A DNA stretch of 63,910 bases, filler included, from Octopus bimaculoides (GCF_001194135.2; 4 parts of 4 records of this genome joined end to end with filler, not necessarily neighbours in it); one strand, 5' to 3'. Positions 35,558-50,620 are shown, counted from the whole stretch's first letter. Numbers and translations are program-made. The notes: generated by a model not told the origin, from the letters alone.

Positions 35558-36553
35558 AGAGAGAGGGCGTATTTCTTTAAAACTGGCGTGATTGACTTAG
35601 GTGTTTTACGAATTCAATTTATGCGAACGGATTACATTTGTAAATGCCCCTGACGGACACCTGTCGTATAAGGCTTTGAGAGTGAAAACAAAGACGAATG
35701 TCTCTATTTCGCCTCGTACACAAATGAGAAAAAAAAAAAAACACCCCCGAAAACTAAAAAGAAACCAACAAAAACATGAATAGATTTTTACTGAACTCAG
35801 GTCACGCTGAAGGCAAGCAATAACTCTTTCAAACTGTTAACAGATAATGCAATATTCAAAGTGTGATCAAATATACTTAGGTGATTAACGTGTCTGACTA
35901 CGTAAAAGCTGAAAGCAAGACTCCCTCACAACACACAAGTCAACTGGTGCTTAAATAACGTTTCAGATATTTTCTTTCTTTTTGTTTTTTTTTTTTAATT
36001 TTTGTTTGTTTTATATTTGTTAGCTTGAACAAAGAGGAACAAAAGTTGTCTGGATTAAATACGTATCTCTATGTGTATGCGTCTTTGTGACGGTGTTTAT
36101 TTTTTCGTGATTATGAATACGTCGAAGAAGGATACATTTACGAAAGACACACTATTTTTGTTAGTTTTATGCTGAAAGACGATCGTTAATATACTACTGT
36201 TGTACAAGAGTAGAAAGTAGAGACTAAATAGCCGTGTGGGATATCAAACGAACTACCTACTCATGGGTCACAAGTTCAAGTTTCTTCTGGGCGTTAGAAA
36301 AAGTACTATAGTCTGTATTGTGTGAGTTTAACGCAAGCACAAGACCGCCCTGCGTGATGAAGAAACTCAAACAGAGGTGCCGCCTCCTACGAACAGAACT
36401 TGATTGCAGGTGGCACAAAGAAAACGCGCACTAATCAAATCCAGAGCCAACTCTTTGCCTTCAGTTCTAGCATATATACTCAAAGCTTTGCACACATAAG
36501 CAAGTAGATCATTTGCTGTTCTAACATAAGAGTGACTTTTACTTGTTTTCTAT

Positions 36554-37215
36554 TTAGCATTGCATTGTCTCATTTATGGGAACAGATTCACGTATCTGCC
36601 GTAACAACTCTCTCGGGTGTTCAGGCAAAATTCCGATACTAATTTGACACAGCATACCGTTATGTTGATCTTTGGAATGTTCGTAGGGTATCGACGACTG
36701 GTTCCCCTCGTTATACTCCCGCCTGTGTCCATTTAGCCACTCCGTTATACTTCTAGAAGTCTCCCCTATGTATGCCGTTTTGTGGATCCTACAATCACCT
36801 TCTATGCATTTTACTCGGCAGACTACATTCACGGTCTTCGAGTGAATACTAGGGTTAAAAGTACACAGTGTAGTTCCTAACAGTACACATGGTCTTGTGA
36901 AACGTCCCTGACTTTTCTACAACTTTAATGTCCAGTTTAGCTTCCTTTATAGCCTTCTTACGCCTGCGAGAGAACGAACTCCCCATATGGTGTACGTTCT
37001 GCATACATTACCTCTTGAAATATCCTTGTGCGGAACCACGTGTTTATTCTATTTGCTTTACCACTAATTTTCTATATTATGTTTCAATTTTTGCCACTGT
37101 ATCGAGGTCATGTTCCCCTGACGCCCTTACTTATGATGTCACCTAACGCCATTCTTCTTTTCCTGCGCACTCTGACTCTATCACTCTGATTGTAGCCAGA
37201 GAACTGTACACGGAG
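36554..37215 (-). mobile_element. Penelope-like element remnant: RT thumb, linker and GIY-YIG endonuclease
   Basis: SGYNQSDRVRV...KGVRGT*PRY...NTWF...RTPYGE...IKVVEKSGT...NVVCRVKC...AYIGETSRSITEWLNGH. Confidence 0.85.
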
Positions 37216-37900
37216 CATAGAGTCCTGTGCATGTCTCTTTATGTCATACATACGTATATTCTTGAAGCAAATAATATAGATATTTAAAGTGAACGCAAAT
37301 CTGTCTATCTATCTATCTATCTAGCTAGCTGTTTGCATATCTATATACATATATACTTATGTCTGTCTCTCTCTCTCTGTCTCACTTTCTCTCTCTGTCT
37401 CGCTTTCTCTCTCTCTCTCTTTCTCTCTCTCTGTCTCGCTTTCTCTCCCTGTCTCTCTCTCTCTATGCGTGTAAGTAAGTCTATAAGTACAAAGTCAGCG
37501 CCCTATCATATCACGGTCGCAATATCACAGCTGAAAAACCTGTGCAACAATATAATAAAAAGAAAATTCCACAAACTTAACAAATAGTTTATAAATATTC
37601 CACTATTAAGCCAGCTGTGAAGTAGATACTGGTTTGTAAGATATGATAGCTCACTGAATACTAAGGGAAGAAATATTTTGTACAATGGACTGATTCTTCA
37701 AAAGAATTTCCCTTTAAAGAAAAAAAAAATATTTATATGCTGAAATACTTAGAAGTCAATCAATCTGAAGTCGTTTATGTGCTAAGACGTCGGTCTGTGT
37801 TATGTATGTATGTGTGTAAGTATGTATGTATGTATGTATGTATGTATGCATGTATGTATGAATATGGTATATGCTCTTACACGCGTGTACGCATGCATAT

Positions 37901-37974
<74 letters not shown>

Positions 37975-38346
37975 NNNNNNNNNNNNNNNNNNNNNNNNNN
38001 NNNNNNNNNNNNNNNNNNNNNNNNNNNNNNNNNNNNNNNNNNNNNNNNNNNNNNNNNNNNNNNNNNNNNNNNNNNNNNNNNNNNNNNNNNNNNNNNNNNN
38101 NNNNNNNNNNNNNNNNNNNNNNNNNNNNNNNNNNNNNNNNNNNNNNNNNNNNNNNNNNNNNNNNNNNNNNNNNNNNNNNNNNNNNNNNNNNNNNNNNNNN
38201 NNNNNNNNNNNNNNNNNNNNNNNNNNNNNNNNNNNNNNNNNNNNNNNNNNNNNNNNNNNNNNNNNNNNNNNNNNNNNNNNNNNNNNNNNNNNNNNNNNNN
38301 NNNNNNNNNNNNNNNNNNNNNNNNNNNNNNNNNNNNNNNNNNNNNN

Positions 38347-38397
<51 letters not shown>

Positions 38398-38926
38398 CAC
38401 ACGCGTATGCAATAACAACAAATTATTTATATACAGACATGTATTCTGTAACATGCACACAAAAAAATTCTGAAAATCTCCCTCTCACTCTCTTTCTCTC
38501 TCACTCCCTCTCTCTCTTTCTCTCGCATACTTACGAATATACAGACACATATACACAGATATATACGCATATATATATATTTATATATGCTTTCATGTGT
38601 ACAAATCTATTCAAACATTCACACTAATATGAGCACACATTAAGGTATTACACTTCACAAATATGAATACATTTAGGACGATATTCATAGCAATACAAAT
38701 AGCTTGTGACGAAGACGCATAAACACGTATATATAAAATACGTCCACGAACACTACACATGCACACACAGAGAAATATTTATACATTTGAATAGGTAACC
38801 ATATTTATACCTATTTAACTATCTATACACCTTTACACAATTCCATATACGATTGGAAATATAGATTTTTAAACACACATGCGCACGCACCATATAATGG
38901 TATGTATATGAAAATAATAATAATGA

Positions 38927-38974
<48 letters not shown>

Positions 38975-38989
38975 TAATAATAATAATAA

Positions 38990-39271
38990 ATGCCCGGATG
39001 CAGTACAAGGCAGTGGCTCTCTTGGCTTCTGATCTTAATTGATTGGAAGTGTTATCATGTACATTGTTTTGTCTTGGTATAAAAAGATGAGCTATAGCAA
39101 ATATTTTGCTCAATACCACAGATTTGCTTGTCAGTTGTTTGACCATAGCCAGTTAAGCATGTCCCTTGGTGGCTGACGATATGTGCATCTCTGATCACGA
39201 GCAGAAGTAGTGGGGGAGCATCATAGCCATGTGTCGAGAGGAATTCTTTGGGGGTTTGAATAATTCACCTT
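38990..39271 (+). mobile_element. (TAA)n-associated repeat, long copy truncated by a linker
   Basis: Starts directly after an (AAT)n array; shares its first ~90 bp with 31619-31715. Confidence 0.8.
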
Positions 39272-39371
39272 NNNNNNNNNNNNNNNNNNNNNNNNNNNNN
39301 NNNNNNNNNNNNNNNTTAATTAATTAANNNNNNNNNNNNNNNNNNNNNNNNNNNNNNNNNNNNNNNNNNNN
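39272..39371. other. Artificial assembly linker N44-TTAATTAATTAA-N44
   Basis: Same 100-bp structure. Confidence 0.95.
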
Positions 39372-41451
39372 TATATACCTATATATCTATATATACACAC
39401 ACACATAAATATGTGTATGTGTGTATGTGTGTGTATGTGTGTGTATGTGTGTGTGCATGTGCAAGTGTGTGTGTTTATAATTCCGTTCTAGTTCTCTATC
39501 GTTCGGTTTCTGTAACTTAATGACAAATTCTGTCCGTATTTTTTTTTTCTCACTACTTTTCCTCGCCTCTTTCTATTTCTTTCGAAATTAAAGAAAAAGA
39601 CACGGTCCCCCACAACCACCACCACCACCAACACACACTCCCTTTCTTTCCTAGTATCTATAATTCTCGTTCCCTTTCATTCTTATTTCTCCTACGTTAT
39701 GTTCCATCCTACACATATCCTCGCTCTTATGCAATCTTTCTTTTATTACTCACATTTGTTCACTTGTTGCAATTTTCCATTGATTCAATTCATTTTTTAT
39801 GTTCCTCCCGATTTTCAACCCCACTCTTCTCTCTCTTTATTGTTACTGTCTTTTACAATTTCTTCCCCGTCATTCATTTCCATTTTCTATGAATTTTCTC
39901 CCCACACTGCTTTCCTTATATTTTTACTTTTTCTGAAGGATTTTTCCAAATTTTTTTATTAAGTAATGTTTTATTTCCCTTTTTTGCGGCAATAATACTT
40001 GCTCAATAGATTATCATATGTTTCGTATAATCAAACGAAACGAACGTACGATTTATCCATCGGGTGAAATACATTGGAATTGTTTACCTTAAATAGTCCC
40101 AGGTTATTCCATATCATTCTATGCGGTTAACCATAGCTTGGAATATACTAGAGTGCATGAACGATACCTGCCTTGATCTATTATCCCTATATATATATAT
40201 ATATATATATGAAAGAAAGTTTGAAAATGCACTTATTTTTTAAAAATATTTATTTACTTAACCGGTTTCACTTTTTTAGAAAAAGATTATCAAAAGTCTT
40301 TGAGAATAATAAAAAATGTTAAAAAACAGTCTGAGTATTAAAATGCATATATACATTCTTTGATGATAAAATATATTTAAAGTATAAAGCTTTGTATGAA
40401 CTTTGTAGTGTTACATACTGATTGTCACACATTCTCTGATATTAAGGTGAAATTGTTAAAAACAGTGTTNNNNNNNNNNNNNNNNNNNNNNNNNNNNNNN
40501 NNNNNNNNNNNNNNNNNNNNNNNNNNNNNNNNNNNNNNNNNNNNNNNNNNNNNNNNNNNNNNNNNNNNNNNNNNNNNNNNNNNNNNNNNNNNNNNNNNNN
40601 NNNNNNNNNNNNNNNNNNNNNNNNNNNNNNNNNNNNNNNNNNNNNNNNNNNNNNNNNNNNNNNNNNNNNNNNNNNNNNNNNNNNNNNNNNNNNNNNNNNN
40701 NNNNNNNNNNNNNNNNNNNNNNNNNNNNNNNNNNNNNNNNNNNNNNNNNNNNNNNNNNNNNNNNNNNNNNNNNNNNNNNNNNNNNNNNNNNNNNNNNNNN
40801 NNNNNNNNNNNNNNNNNNNNNNNNNNNNNNNNNNNNNNNNNNNNNNNNNNNNNNNNNNNNNNNNNNNNNNNNNNNNNNNNNNNNNNNNNNNNNNNNNNNN
40901 NNNNNNNNNNNNNNNNNNNNNNNNNNNNNNNNNNNNNNNNNNNNNNNNNNNNNNNNNNNNNNNNNNNNNNNNNNNNNNNNNNNNNNNNNNNNNNNNNNNN
41001 NNNNNNNNNNNNNNNNNNNNNNNNNNNNNNNNNNNNNNNNNNNNNNNNNNNNNNNNNNNNNNNNNNNNNNNNNNNNNNNNNNNNNNNNNNNNNNNNNNNN
41101 NNNNNNNNNNNNNNNNNNNNNNNNNNNNNNNNNNNNNNNNNNNNNNNNNNNNNNNNNNNNNNNNNNNNNNNNNNNNNNNNNNNNNNNNNNNNNNNNNNNN
41201 NNNNNNNNNNNNNNNNNNNNNNNNNNNNNNNNNNNNNNNNNNNNNNNNNNNNNNNNNNNNNNNNNNNNNNNNNNNNNNNNNNNNNNNNNNNNNNNNNNNN
41301 NNNNNNNNNNNNNNNNNNNNNNNNNNNNNNNNNNNNNNNNNNNNNNNNNNNNNNNNNNNNNNNNNNNNNNNNNNNNNNNNNNNNNNNNNNNNNNNNNNNN
41401 NNNNNNNNNNNNNNNNNNNNNNNNNNNNNNNNNNNNNNNNNNNAATCACTT

Positions 41452-41860
41452 CTGTTATAGGCACAAGGCCTGAAATACCGGGGGAGGGAACTACTTATTT
41501 TATGGACTGTGGAACCGTAAGGCAAAGTCGACCTCGGCAGATTTTGAACTCAGAACGTGAAGACAGACGAAATACCGCTAAGCATTTCGCCCGGCGTGCT
41601 AACGATACCGCCAGCTCGCCGCCTTATATATCAGCTTTGATAATCCTTTCTACTAAAGGCACAAGGGCTGAAATTTTGGGAGAGGGGACTAGTCGATTAC
41701 ATCGACCACAGTGTTTCACTGGTACTTAATTTATCGACCCCGAAAGGATGAAAGGCAAAGTCGACCTATGCGGAATTTGAACTCGGGACGGAGCAACTGG
41801 CGAAATAACGCTAACATTTCGCCGAGTGTGCTGACGATTCTGTGAGCTCGCCGCTTGCCT
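41452..41860 (-). mobile_element. Two tandem family C-type SINEs
   Basis: ggcaaagtcgacct...tttgaactc...ctcgccgc occurs twice. Confidence 0.85.
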
Positions 41861-42005
41861 ATAACAGCATTAATAATAATGATATATTTTATTTGAATTC
41901 ATTTATACTGTGGAGATTCTCCTTCATTTGCGTTGTCTTTCTTACGTCAGACTCAGTTTGCGTTTGTGTGTGTGTGTGTGTGTTTGTGTATGTATGTGTG
42001 TGTGT

Positions 42006-42093
<88 letters not shown>

Positions 42094-44121
42094 TTGTGTG
42101 TACGTTCCAAAGCATTGAGTGTTACGTGCATGTGTTCGTTTGCTGTTTCTGGACTAGCATCTGTGAATATGCACCACACGACGACTTACGTTGTGTAAAT
42201 GAAAAATTTTCACTCAAGTGGTTGAGATGCATTTGCATTACTCTTTATAAACAGATTAATTATTAGTTCATCAATATTTCGTATAAGAAGGAAAGCATTT
42301 TAAAATCATTTCTTTTCCCTTTTTTGTTCATATTATTTTTATCATTATAGGTAGGCATGCGACTCAAGATGTTACATTCTTTGTATTTTTAAACTTTTCT
42401 ATTACTTATTACTTCCAAATGTATGTTCGAGCATGAATTAATGGAACAGTAGTCAATTGATTAATCACATTATTCACGTAATTGCCTCCGTTTTAAATGA
42501 GAAGGATGGAGAGTGTGATTTTGAAGAGGCAGAGAAACGTAATTAGTTTTAAATAAAAATAATGAGGTATTGTGGCATTCATAAATTTCCTAAGAGTCTT
42601 AGTAAACTATATGAGTTAAAATAGTATCATATTCTTGGCTTTATAATGGCCTAACTCTTTCTAATGACTTAACTCCACCAGCATTATTGAATTCATAAAA
42701 TCAATGGGCTGTCGGACAAAATGCTTTGAGGCCAATTTTACTTTCATCCTTTTGAGGAGATAAAAGAAGTACTGATGTTGATATAACTAGCTCTACCTTA
42801 CCACAAAATTTGCGTTAATTCGCCTATGCAAGAAATGATTAATATTAACGCGAATAAGAAATATGATATTTGAAGTAATTTAGTGCTAGACAAAGATGCC
42901 TTGTGATATCCAGTCAATATTTTACAGTGAGTCCAAGTCTCAAGAACGCAGTCCATATATTTAATTGTGGTCGTAGACGATCCATGATTTCGTTTCGATT
43001 CCTGATAGTAGATTATCATTTCATTTATATCTGTAACCTGCTTGGGAATTATTTCAATGCATAATGCATAAATGTCATACTATTACATTCCTGATTTTAA
43101 TATGGAATCAATTCTCATTTCCAAAATGCTTCGTTTGTGTTTTAAGAAAAAAATACTGAGACGAAGGAAACTAGTTATATTTTACATCAGACAACCCCTA
43201 AAACTGAAGGGCAATTGTAATGTTTCCGGTTATTGTTTGGGGAAGAACTGATGAGAAAATACTCAGTAATAGAGAAAGAATACTGTGAGACTTAGAGGCA
43301 CAACAACTATGATGTACAGCATAGGCACAATGCTAGATGTTTCATATCATTAATCGAGTTATTTGTTGACACTAATTCTATCGTCTACGGAGAATTCAAA
43401 AGCCAAGTCAAAATTCGTAAGACTTGAACTCAAAATATAAAGTTATGTCGCTAGATATAGTAATGCTGCTTTTTAAAACAGTTCTTTACCGATGCTGACA
43501 TCCACTGCCTTCAAAAAATAATAATCTTAGAGCTGCAACAGACCGTTAGGCAATAAAATGCAAACAGTAAAATATATTAAAAAACATATTTATATATTGA
43601 AGCTATTTGCTAAGATTGGAGATCAAAGCACCTCTTTTGTGAAAATATTTTATGGGTTTAGTGAAGACATAGGAATGGAATTTTGGATTAGAAATTGGAG
43701 ATGTTTGACAATGAATATATGGAAAATAGGAGAAATAATAAAAGTAGAGAAAGGAATTTAATAAAGCTGGGTAGGAGCAATGGCAATAAATATCAAGGAA
43801 TTTCGTTGTTGCGTGATATATATATATATATATAAAAGAACTAGTATGCAGGAAAATAATATTTAAGGAGAACGAGACAAGCACTGAATGGTAAAAATGA
43901 TGTTGTCATTTGAACCATTCAGGTAATATTTCTGCTGTAGTATAGTAAAGATGTCCTACAGTGAAATAATAGTGAGCAGATAGGAATTTTAGATAGAAAG
44001 ACATTTAAATAATTGAATAGACGGAGCATCATTTAACGAAAGCAATGCCAAAAGCTCTAATATATTCTGTATTGCAAGAACTTAATTACTCCCATCGGTA
44101 ACCAGCACCGGTTGTACTCAC

Positions 44122-44303
44122 CTCTGAAGATTTAATCGCTGCCACAAGCAAACAACAGTTTGGAGTGTGTGAGAGTAGACAACAGGTGGTGATCAAATCC
44201 TCTCTGAATCATTTTGTAAGTCTGTCTTGCAGATGTCACAAAGAAATATCACCATAAGAAAAAATTGGTACTGAGATTGTTGGATAAACGTATGTTACTT
44301 TTA
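44122..44303 (-). other. Candidate non-coding exon
   Basis: Acceptor tttcatttctatttctatttctacgcag| and donor CAGAG|gtgagt; 182 nt; stops in all frames. Confidence 0.4.
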
Positions 44304-44845
44304 CTGCGTAGAAATAGAAATAGAAATGAAACCAACGAGAAAAACTTGAGATGAACTGAATTTTGAGGACTCGATATGACATCCATCATGTTTTCTGATG
44401 CATAGCCTCTTGTCTTTCAGGCAATATATTTTGTTTCAGTTTATTTATTTATTTATTTTATTAAACTGCCTTAATATTCTACCAAGCTACTTAGCTGGTT
44501 TTTATTTAACTCCAGGCCATGTCTTACTGAACAAGACTAATATGAAAATGAATTTGGATTGAACAAGACTAAAATAAAAAAGAATTGGGATTGATCTTCT
44601 TATTTGTCATATTTGTTCTGTATTGGTTTTGTTTCTGGATTAACTGTACCATGACAAATTTAGAAAAAATGAAATTATAAAAGAAACTGGATAAACTATG
44701 ATAAAGTTAGGATAATGGTATGCATAAAAAGGCTCTAATATAAATACGAATTATCGTTCCCTGTATGCATCCATGTAAAATTCCTTCGATACTTATATAT
44801 ATGTGTGTGCGAGTGTGTGCATGTAAGTGTGTGTGTGCGTGTGTG

Positions 44846-44880
<35 letters not shown>

Positions 44881-47034
44881 ATGTGTGTGTGTGTCTGTGT
44901 GTGTGTGTGTGTGTGTGACAGAGACAGAGAGAGAGAGAGCTGGATTTCAACAAAGGAACAAAGCTTCATCACTGGCAGTTGTATGACAACAGCATGTTAT
45001 GATACAAGGGATTTAGGAAAATAATGAGATTTAGAAAAACATTTCATATTTTTTCACTATTCTGCTTATTGTGTCTATTTAGAAAGTGGATAAAAAAACC
45101 ACTTTTTTGCCAAAAAATCCGATATTTGTCACTAAACAAAGTATACCCATAATTATTCGCATAAATATGAATTTATATATCAAGTTAGCGGATGTGCATG
45201 TTTTGAAACTGCTGTCTCGTCTATAAATATTCTCTGTGATTTTGGATGAGATGCTGATATACACAGGGCAGCAAAACTCTATGACTATACATGCTTATTC
45301 TTTTCCGTTTCAAATACTTTTGTCAGGTCTGTTAAGAGTTTTGATGGAAACGTGCCATCTCTATAACTTGTGTTGATATGTATATATTCACAACCAGCAG
45401 AGTTATCTATATTTTTATCCCAGAGCAATTTTCTTTTGCAGACGGCATAGTGTACTGTTGTAACAATAGTTACTGATTACCTATGTTACATGTCATCGAC
45501 ATTTATGAATTATCTTGGGAGTTTATGGGATTCACTATCTCTTGTTCATTCGATATTTCATAGCTCTGGGATGGTTCTGGCTAAATATTCGAGATGTGAA
45601 ATGATGTAGCATTTACGAGGTCAAGAGAGGCTACACTTAATTTTATAACCCTCTTCAAGTTTACCGTGAAAAAATCTATGCATTACCGCCTATGGCATGC
45701 AGAGAGTTTACTTCCAAATCATTGTAGGAAAGTGCTAATCCTACGCATCTGGGTTCACCTGGGGGATAATCAAGAAATGAAGAATTCTTCAGGAGCTCAT
45801 CACTGACTCTTAGGTTACTATTCACTTCATTTTTCAACCCTTGACTCGCGTATTCATTTCTTCTTCTGTCCTTATTTAGCAGAGGATATATGAGTGATAC
45901 GATTCAACACTCAAAGGCTTTCTTCACTGATCTTAAGCCTCTTCCTTCCTTTTTCTTCTCCAATAGAGTTTATTAGTATCACTGTTCTTTGAAAGCTTTT
46001 AGATAATGTCAGGATCTTGCAGATTTTAAAGTCTATGAAGTTAATCTCCTTTATAGACTAGTCAAGTATCTCTAAATGCTGGTGTGAATACTGCAACTGA
46101 AAATGCATAATTTTTAACTATAAAAGGAAAGTTCAGATTACCATATCTCTTTTAGTCGGAGATAATATTGTTCAGTTAATTTTTCTTTGTTCACCAAGAC
46201 TTTTGTTTACTATATTTTCATTCATGACTAAGTATGTGTAGCGCACATTGTATAACGATGGAGATAGAAAGACCTTTGATACAAAGGTTTGGGGTTCGAG
46301 AAAGTGTTGTTTCGCATTCTATTGTCAAATATGAAAAATTCTTTCCGCCAAACTCCATCACTCTGTCATCTATTTCTCATTGTAGGTATTGCTAACATGT
46401 ATGTATGCGTGTATTTGTGCATTATATGTATGTATGCATGCATGTATGTATGTATGCATGCATGTATGTATATATTTAAATATGTGTTTATATATATACA
46501 TATAAGCATTTAAATATATACATGCTCACATGCATTCATATATACGTGCGTTTGCCTGTATGTATGTATGTATTTTTGTATGTAAGTATGTATGTATGTA
46601 TTTGCACGTGAACACGTGAGCACAGACATGGGTAGCATATGAACTTATTACACATGAATAATTTTCATGTCTGTAAGAAGCTCGGGCATCTCCTAGCTAT
46701 AACCTGCTGATTAGGTGTGCTCCGTGAATCCCATTAATAATAGGGCACCGAGGTAGTTACATAGCCAAGTGCACCAGTAATTATTGATAGTAACCAAAAG
46801 TTATAGCCCAGAGGGAATGGCTGCAAATTTCTTATCATTTTGACACAATGATTCTTTATCTCTCTAGCTTTTAACATTATGTCGCCATCTACTGAGCGAT
46901 TTATTTATACTTATTTTCATAGTTTCTTTTCCCTGCTCCAGATCGTTATGTCTGGCTTATTGTTCCTGCAATTTGATGAAGTATTAACAGAAACATTCTA
47001 CAACTATTCTTTCGAATTATGTACGCATGTGTGT

Positions 47035-47111
47035 GATTCTGCAAGCGCAGGAAGCCTGCTTACCAACTACATGGTTCCGGGTACAGTAGACGGAAACTGA
47101 AAGAAGCCCGT

Positions 47112-47197
<86 letters not shown>

Positions 47198-47405
47198 CAT
47201 GTACGTATGTGTATGTGTTTGTGTGTCTGTGTTTGTCCCCCCACCATCGCTTTACAACCGATTTTGGTGTGTTTACGTCCCCGTAACTTAGCGGCTCGAC
47301 AAAAGAATAACTACTAGGCTTACAAAGAATAAGTCATGGGGGCGATTTGTTCGACTTAAGGCGGTGCTCCAGCATGGCCGCAGTGAAATGACTGAAACAA
47401 AGAAA
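47035..47405 (+). mobile_element. Family D SINE with internal deletion and microsatellite
   Basis: gcttaccaactacatggttccggg...gacggaaactgaaagaagccc...ggtgctccagcatggccgcag. Confidence 0.85.
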
Positions 47406-47873
47406 AGAATACGTACATACGTACGTTTGTATGTATGTATGTGTGCATGTATATATATGCATGTATGTATGTGTTTGTGTGTGTATGTATGTATTTATAT
47501 TGTATGTTTTCACGTTGTAGCTTTAAAAGAGAATGTAATACTATTATGGAGTAAATTATATTGTGTATATATGAAGGCTCAAATCATCACACTAGCTAGT
47601 TTTATCTTTGGCCAAAAATCGACAGACTTATGTTTGTGTGTATATGTGTGCGTGTGTGTATGGGCAGAAAGAAAGACAAATGCAAAGAGAGACAGACAGA
47701 CATACACACAGACCGATACAGAGAAATAGATACGGAAACAAATATACAGTGAGGGAGATTGACAGACAGACAATTCAAATAAGAGAGCGATAGAGAGAAA
47801 TCTCGTTGATTTTAACTGGCAATATGAACGCACTTTTGTCTTATAACTGTCTCTCCTTTTCTCCTTCGCTCAC

Positions 47874-48012
47874 CGCCTCTGTCTTAGCACGACAGACGTC
47901 AGCGTAACTCATATTCTTCATTACTTTGTCCATATATCACAGAATATACATACAGAATTGCAAAAAGTATCCATTAATTCTAATATTACAGTACAATGTT
48001 TTATTCTTGGAT
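47874..48012 (-). other. Candidate non-coding exon
   Basis: Acceptor ttttgtctgcttcacag| and donor GGCG|gtgagc; 139 nt; stops in all frames. Confidence 0.3.
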
Positions 48013-48639
48013 CTGTGAAGCAGACAAAATCAATGCATCAATGCATCAAAGCTAAAAATAACTTTGGAACGGAAAATAAATTAAATCCAATGAATGCTTT
48101 AAAGACATTACATAAAACAATAACTAATATAACATTTTAAAATTGTTTACGTATCAAGAAGTTAAAGATAGTGGAATTCTTTGTTATTCGTGAGGTTGTA
48201 TGTATAGACGTATATAAGTTCTTTATTTAATTTGTCATTTCTAAGAATCTGTTCATTGTGAAAACATTCGTATTTTTATTAAACGGAGGCGCAATAGAAA
48301 TGCCAATTCCATTGTGTGGCGTTGAAAATATATTTGCTTCATTACAAAGTTCGAATCCCATAAGAGCTTACCGTGGCTGTCATTTCTCTCTCAAGCGTAC
48401 TATATAAAACATAATCCGTAAGTACTTACGTCACTCTTACTATATCATATTACCACCGATATAAATAACATAAAGCCTTCTGACGGTTCATAATCTTCCC
48501 ATAGCGTCGTTTTATCCGTAACTTATTTTTGTTGTTTTGCAAAAATTGTGCTCTGAATGAGAATAATTATCATCATAGTCATCCCAATCTTTATTTCATG
48601 AGGTTTATCCAAAACTACTTTGTTCAATACATTTTCTAT

Positions 48640-49011
48640 ATGGCCCAGTGGTTAGGGCAGCGGACTCGCGGCCATAGGATCGCGGTTTCGATTCCCAGAC
48701 TGGGCGTTATGAGTGTTTATTGAGCAAAAGCACCTAAAGCTCCACGAGGCTCCGGCAGGGGATGGTGGCGAACCCTGCTGTACTCTTTCACCACAACTTT
48801 CTCTCACTCTTACTTCCTGTTTCTGTTGTACCTGTAATTCAAAGGGTCAGCCTTGTCACACTGTATAACGCTGAATATCTCCGAGAACTACGTTAAGGGT
48901 ACACGTGCCTGTGGAGTGCTCAGCCACTTGCACGTTAATTTCACGAGCAGGCTGTTCCGTTGATCGGATCAACTGGAACCCTCGGCGTCGTAATCGACGG
49001 AGTGCCAACAA
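48640..49011 (+). mobile_element. Family A SINE whose first 11 nt lie displaced at 48285-48295
   Basis: Body highly similar to 26493-26891. Confidence 0.9.
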
Positions 49012-49779
49012 TCTTAAGGCACTGGACAATTTAATGATTTCTGGTTCATTTGGTTGTAAATTCTAGCAGGTCCAAAAGCTAAATCGTATTTAGAGATATA
49101 GCACCATATACAGAAGTGTAGTATAGAAAGGTAGTTCTTTGGAATATTTTTCTTTTGGTAGCGATAAAATCAGTTTTCATATGCCCTGCTTGACTCTGCT
49201 TAATTATTTGCCTTTTATTAATGACGTTTCATGTATCTGCTTATTATTGCAAATACTTTGCCGCTGCTTAATATTTCCAGAATCCATTAATTGAAAGCCT
49301 ATTCAAAAGCCTTCTTTATCTCATCAAGGACTAGCTTAGATGTTTCGTTATCAATCCGCAGTATTCAGTTATAGCTGTGTTTATCAGTAATTGTGCTGTA
49401 CAAACATTAGCCTTTGAAACATAATTTCTGCACACCTGGCAGCAAGAATTTTTGCTTTAACTTCTGTGTTCAAATTCTACTGCGATCAGTTTCACTGGTC
49501 TTCCTTCTAGGGTCAATAAAGCAAAGTACCAGTTAGGTACGGGTGTTCGAAGGCATCGACAACCCCATTCACTCGAGATTGCAGGCTTTCTTTCTACATT
49601 AAAAACAATTTTCTTTATTGTTCACATACCTAAATCTTAAAATTAAGATTAGGTACATTTTGGCAACCATGAATCAATGTCTTTCAATTTAACGAAAATG
49701 TTAACGGAAATACTCAATTGCTGGCAAAAATGTTTTCAGCTGACAAAAATATTTAGATCAGAGCAAAAATTTTAAAGGA

Positions 49780-50620
49780 TAAGCAAATAGTGCGTGAGAA
49801 TGCCTGAACAACATTTACGGATGCTAACATTACTATTTCTTGGAAGAAGATTTGTCTATCCAAACAGAATTTTTTTATGGAACCAATTTTGTATCATTCC
49901 ATCTGCACCAATTACAAATGGAAGGATAAACAAGTTCGTTCTTTGTATGAAAATTATTAATTCCAACAGCCAGGTCGATATCATTCCGTACATTTTCAGT
50001 TAGCTTCTGCACATCATTATAATAGTTTGGTATTGTTATATCGATAATTAGTGTAATCTCATTATTTTTATGTTGTTTCCACTTTAAATGTGTTATTTGT
50101 GGTTTGTCTGAACGCAAAGTTTGATAACAGTTTCACTTATTCATTTTCTAAGACAAATAGAGATACACACGAGTCAAAAAATATTTTTTCCCAAGATATT
50201 GAAATTAGATGGCATGTTATATTTAACAGCTTAATTACTGATATAATATGGTATAATATTTCAGAAACTCCTCAACCCGTGCAACATTTACCAACTGTAT
50301 TGCTGCCGACATTTCTTTCGGTTGATCTAGGGATGATTATTTGCTCCCTTCCTTATCGTCAATGTAGTCTCTTAGGTTGCTTAACTCTGAAGAGTTTGTT
50401 CTTTTAGATCAGAGTCCACCATTGTCGAATTTCTAGTCTTTAGTTGTTTGAAATCCAGATCCATTTCTTGTGAGAATTTTCTTACTCTGGATATAGTCGA
50501 TTTGTAACATTTTGTTTGAGTATAATTAAGATTCTTAATCCTTCTAGTGAGTTGAAAAGGTAGTGAGTTAATATTAATACCTGCCCTCATAAATTGCACC
50601 CAGTCGCTGAATAAACAATA
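49780..50620 (-). mobile_element. Highly degenerate R4/Dong-like RLE LINE remnant
   Basis: DKPQI...TLIIDITIPNYYNDVQK...DLAVGI (RLE PD..D motif); upstream degraded KCR region. Confidence 0.65.
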
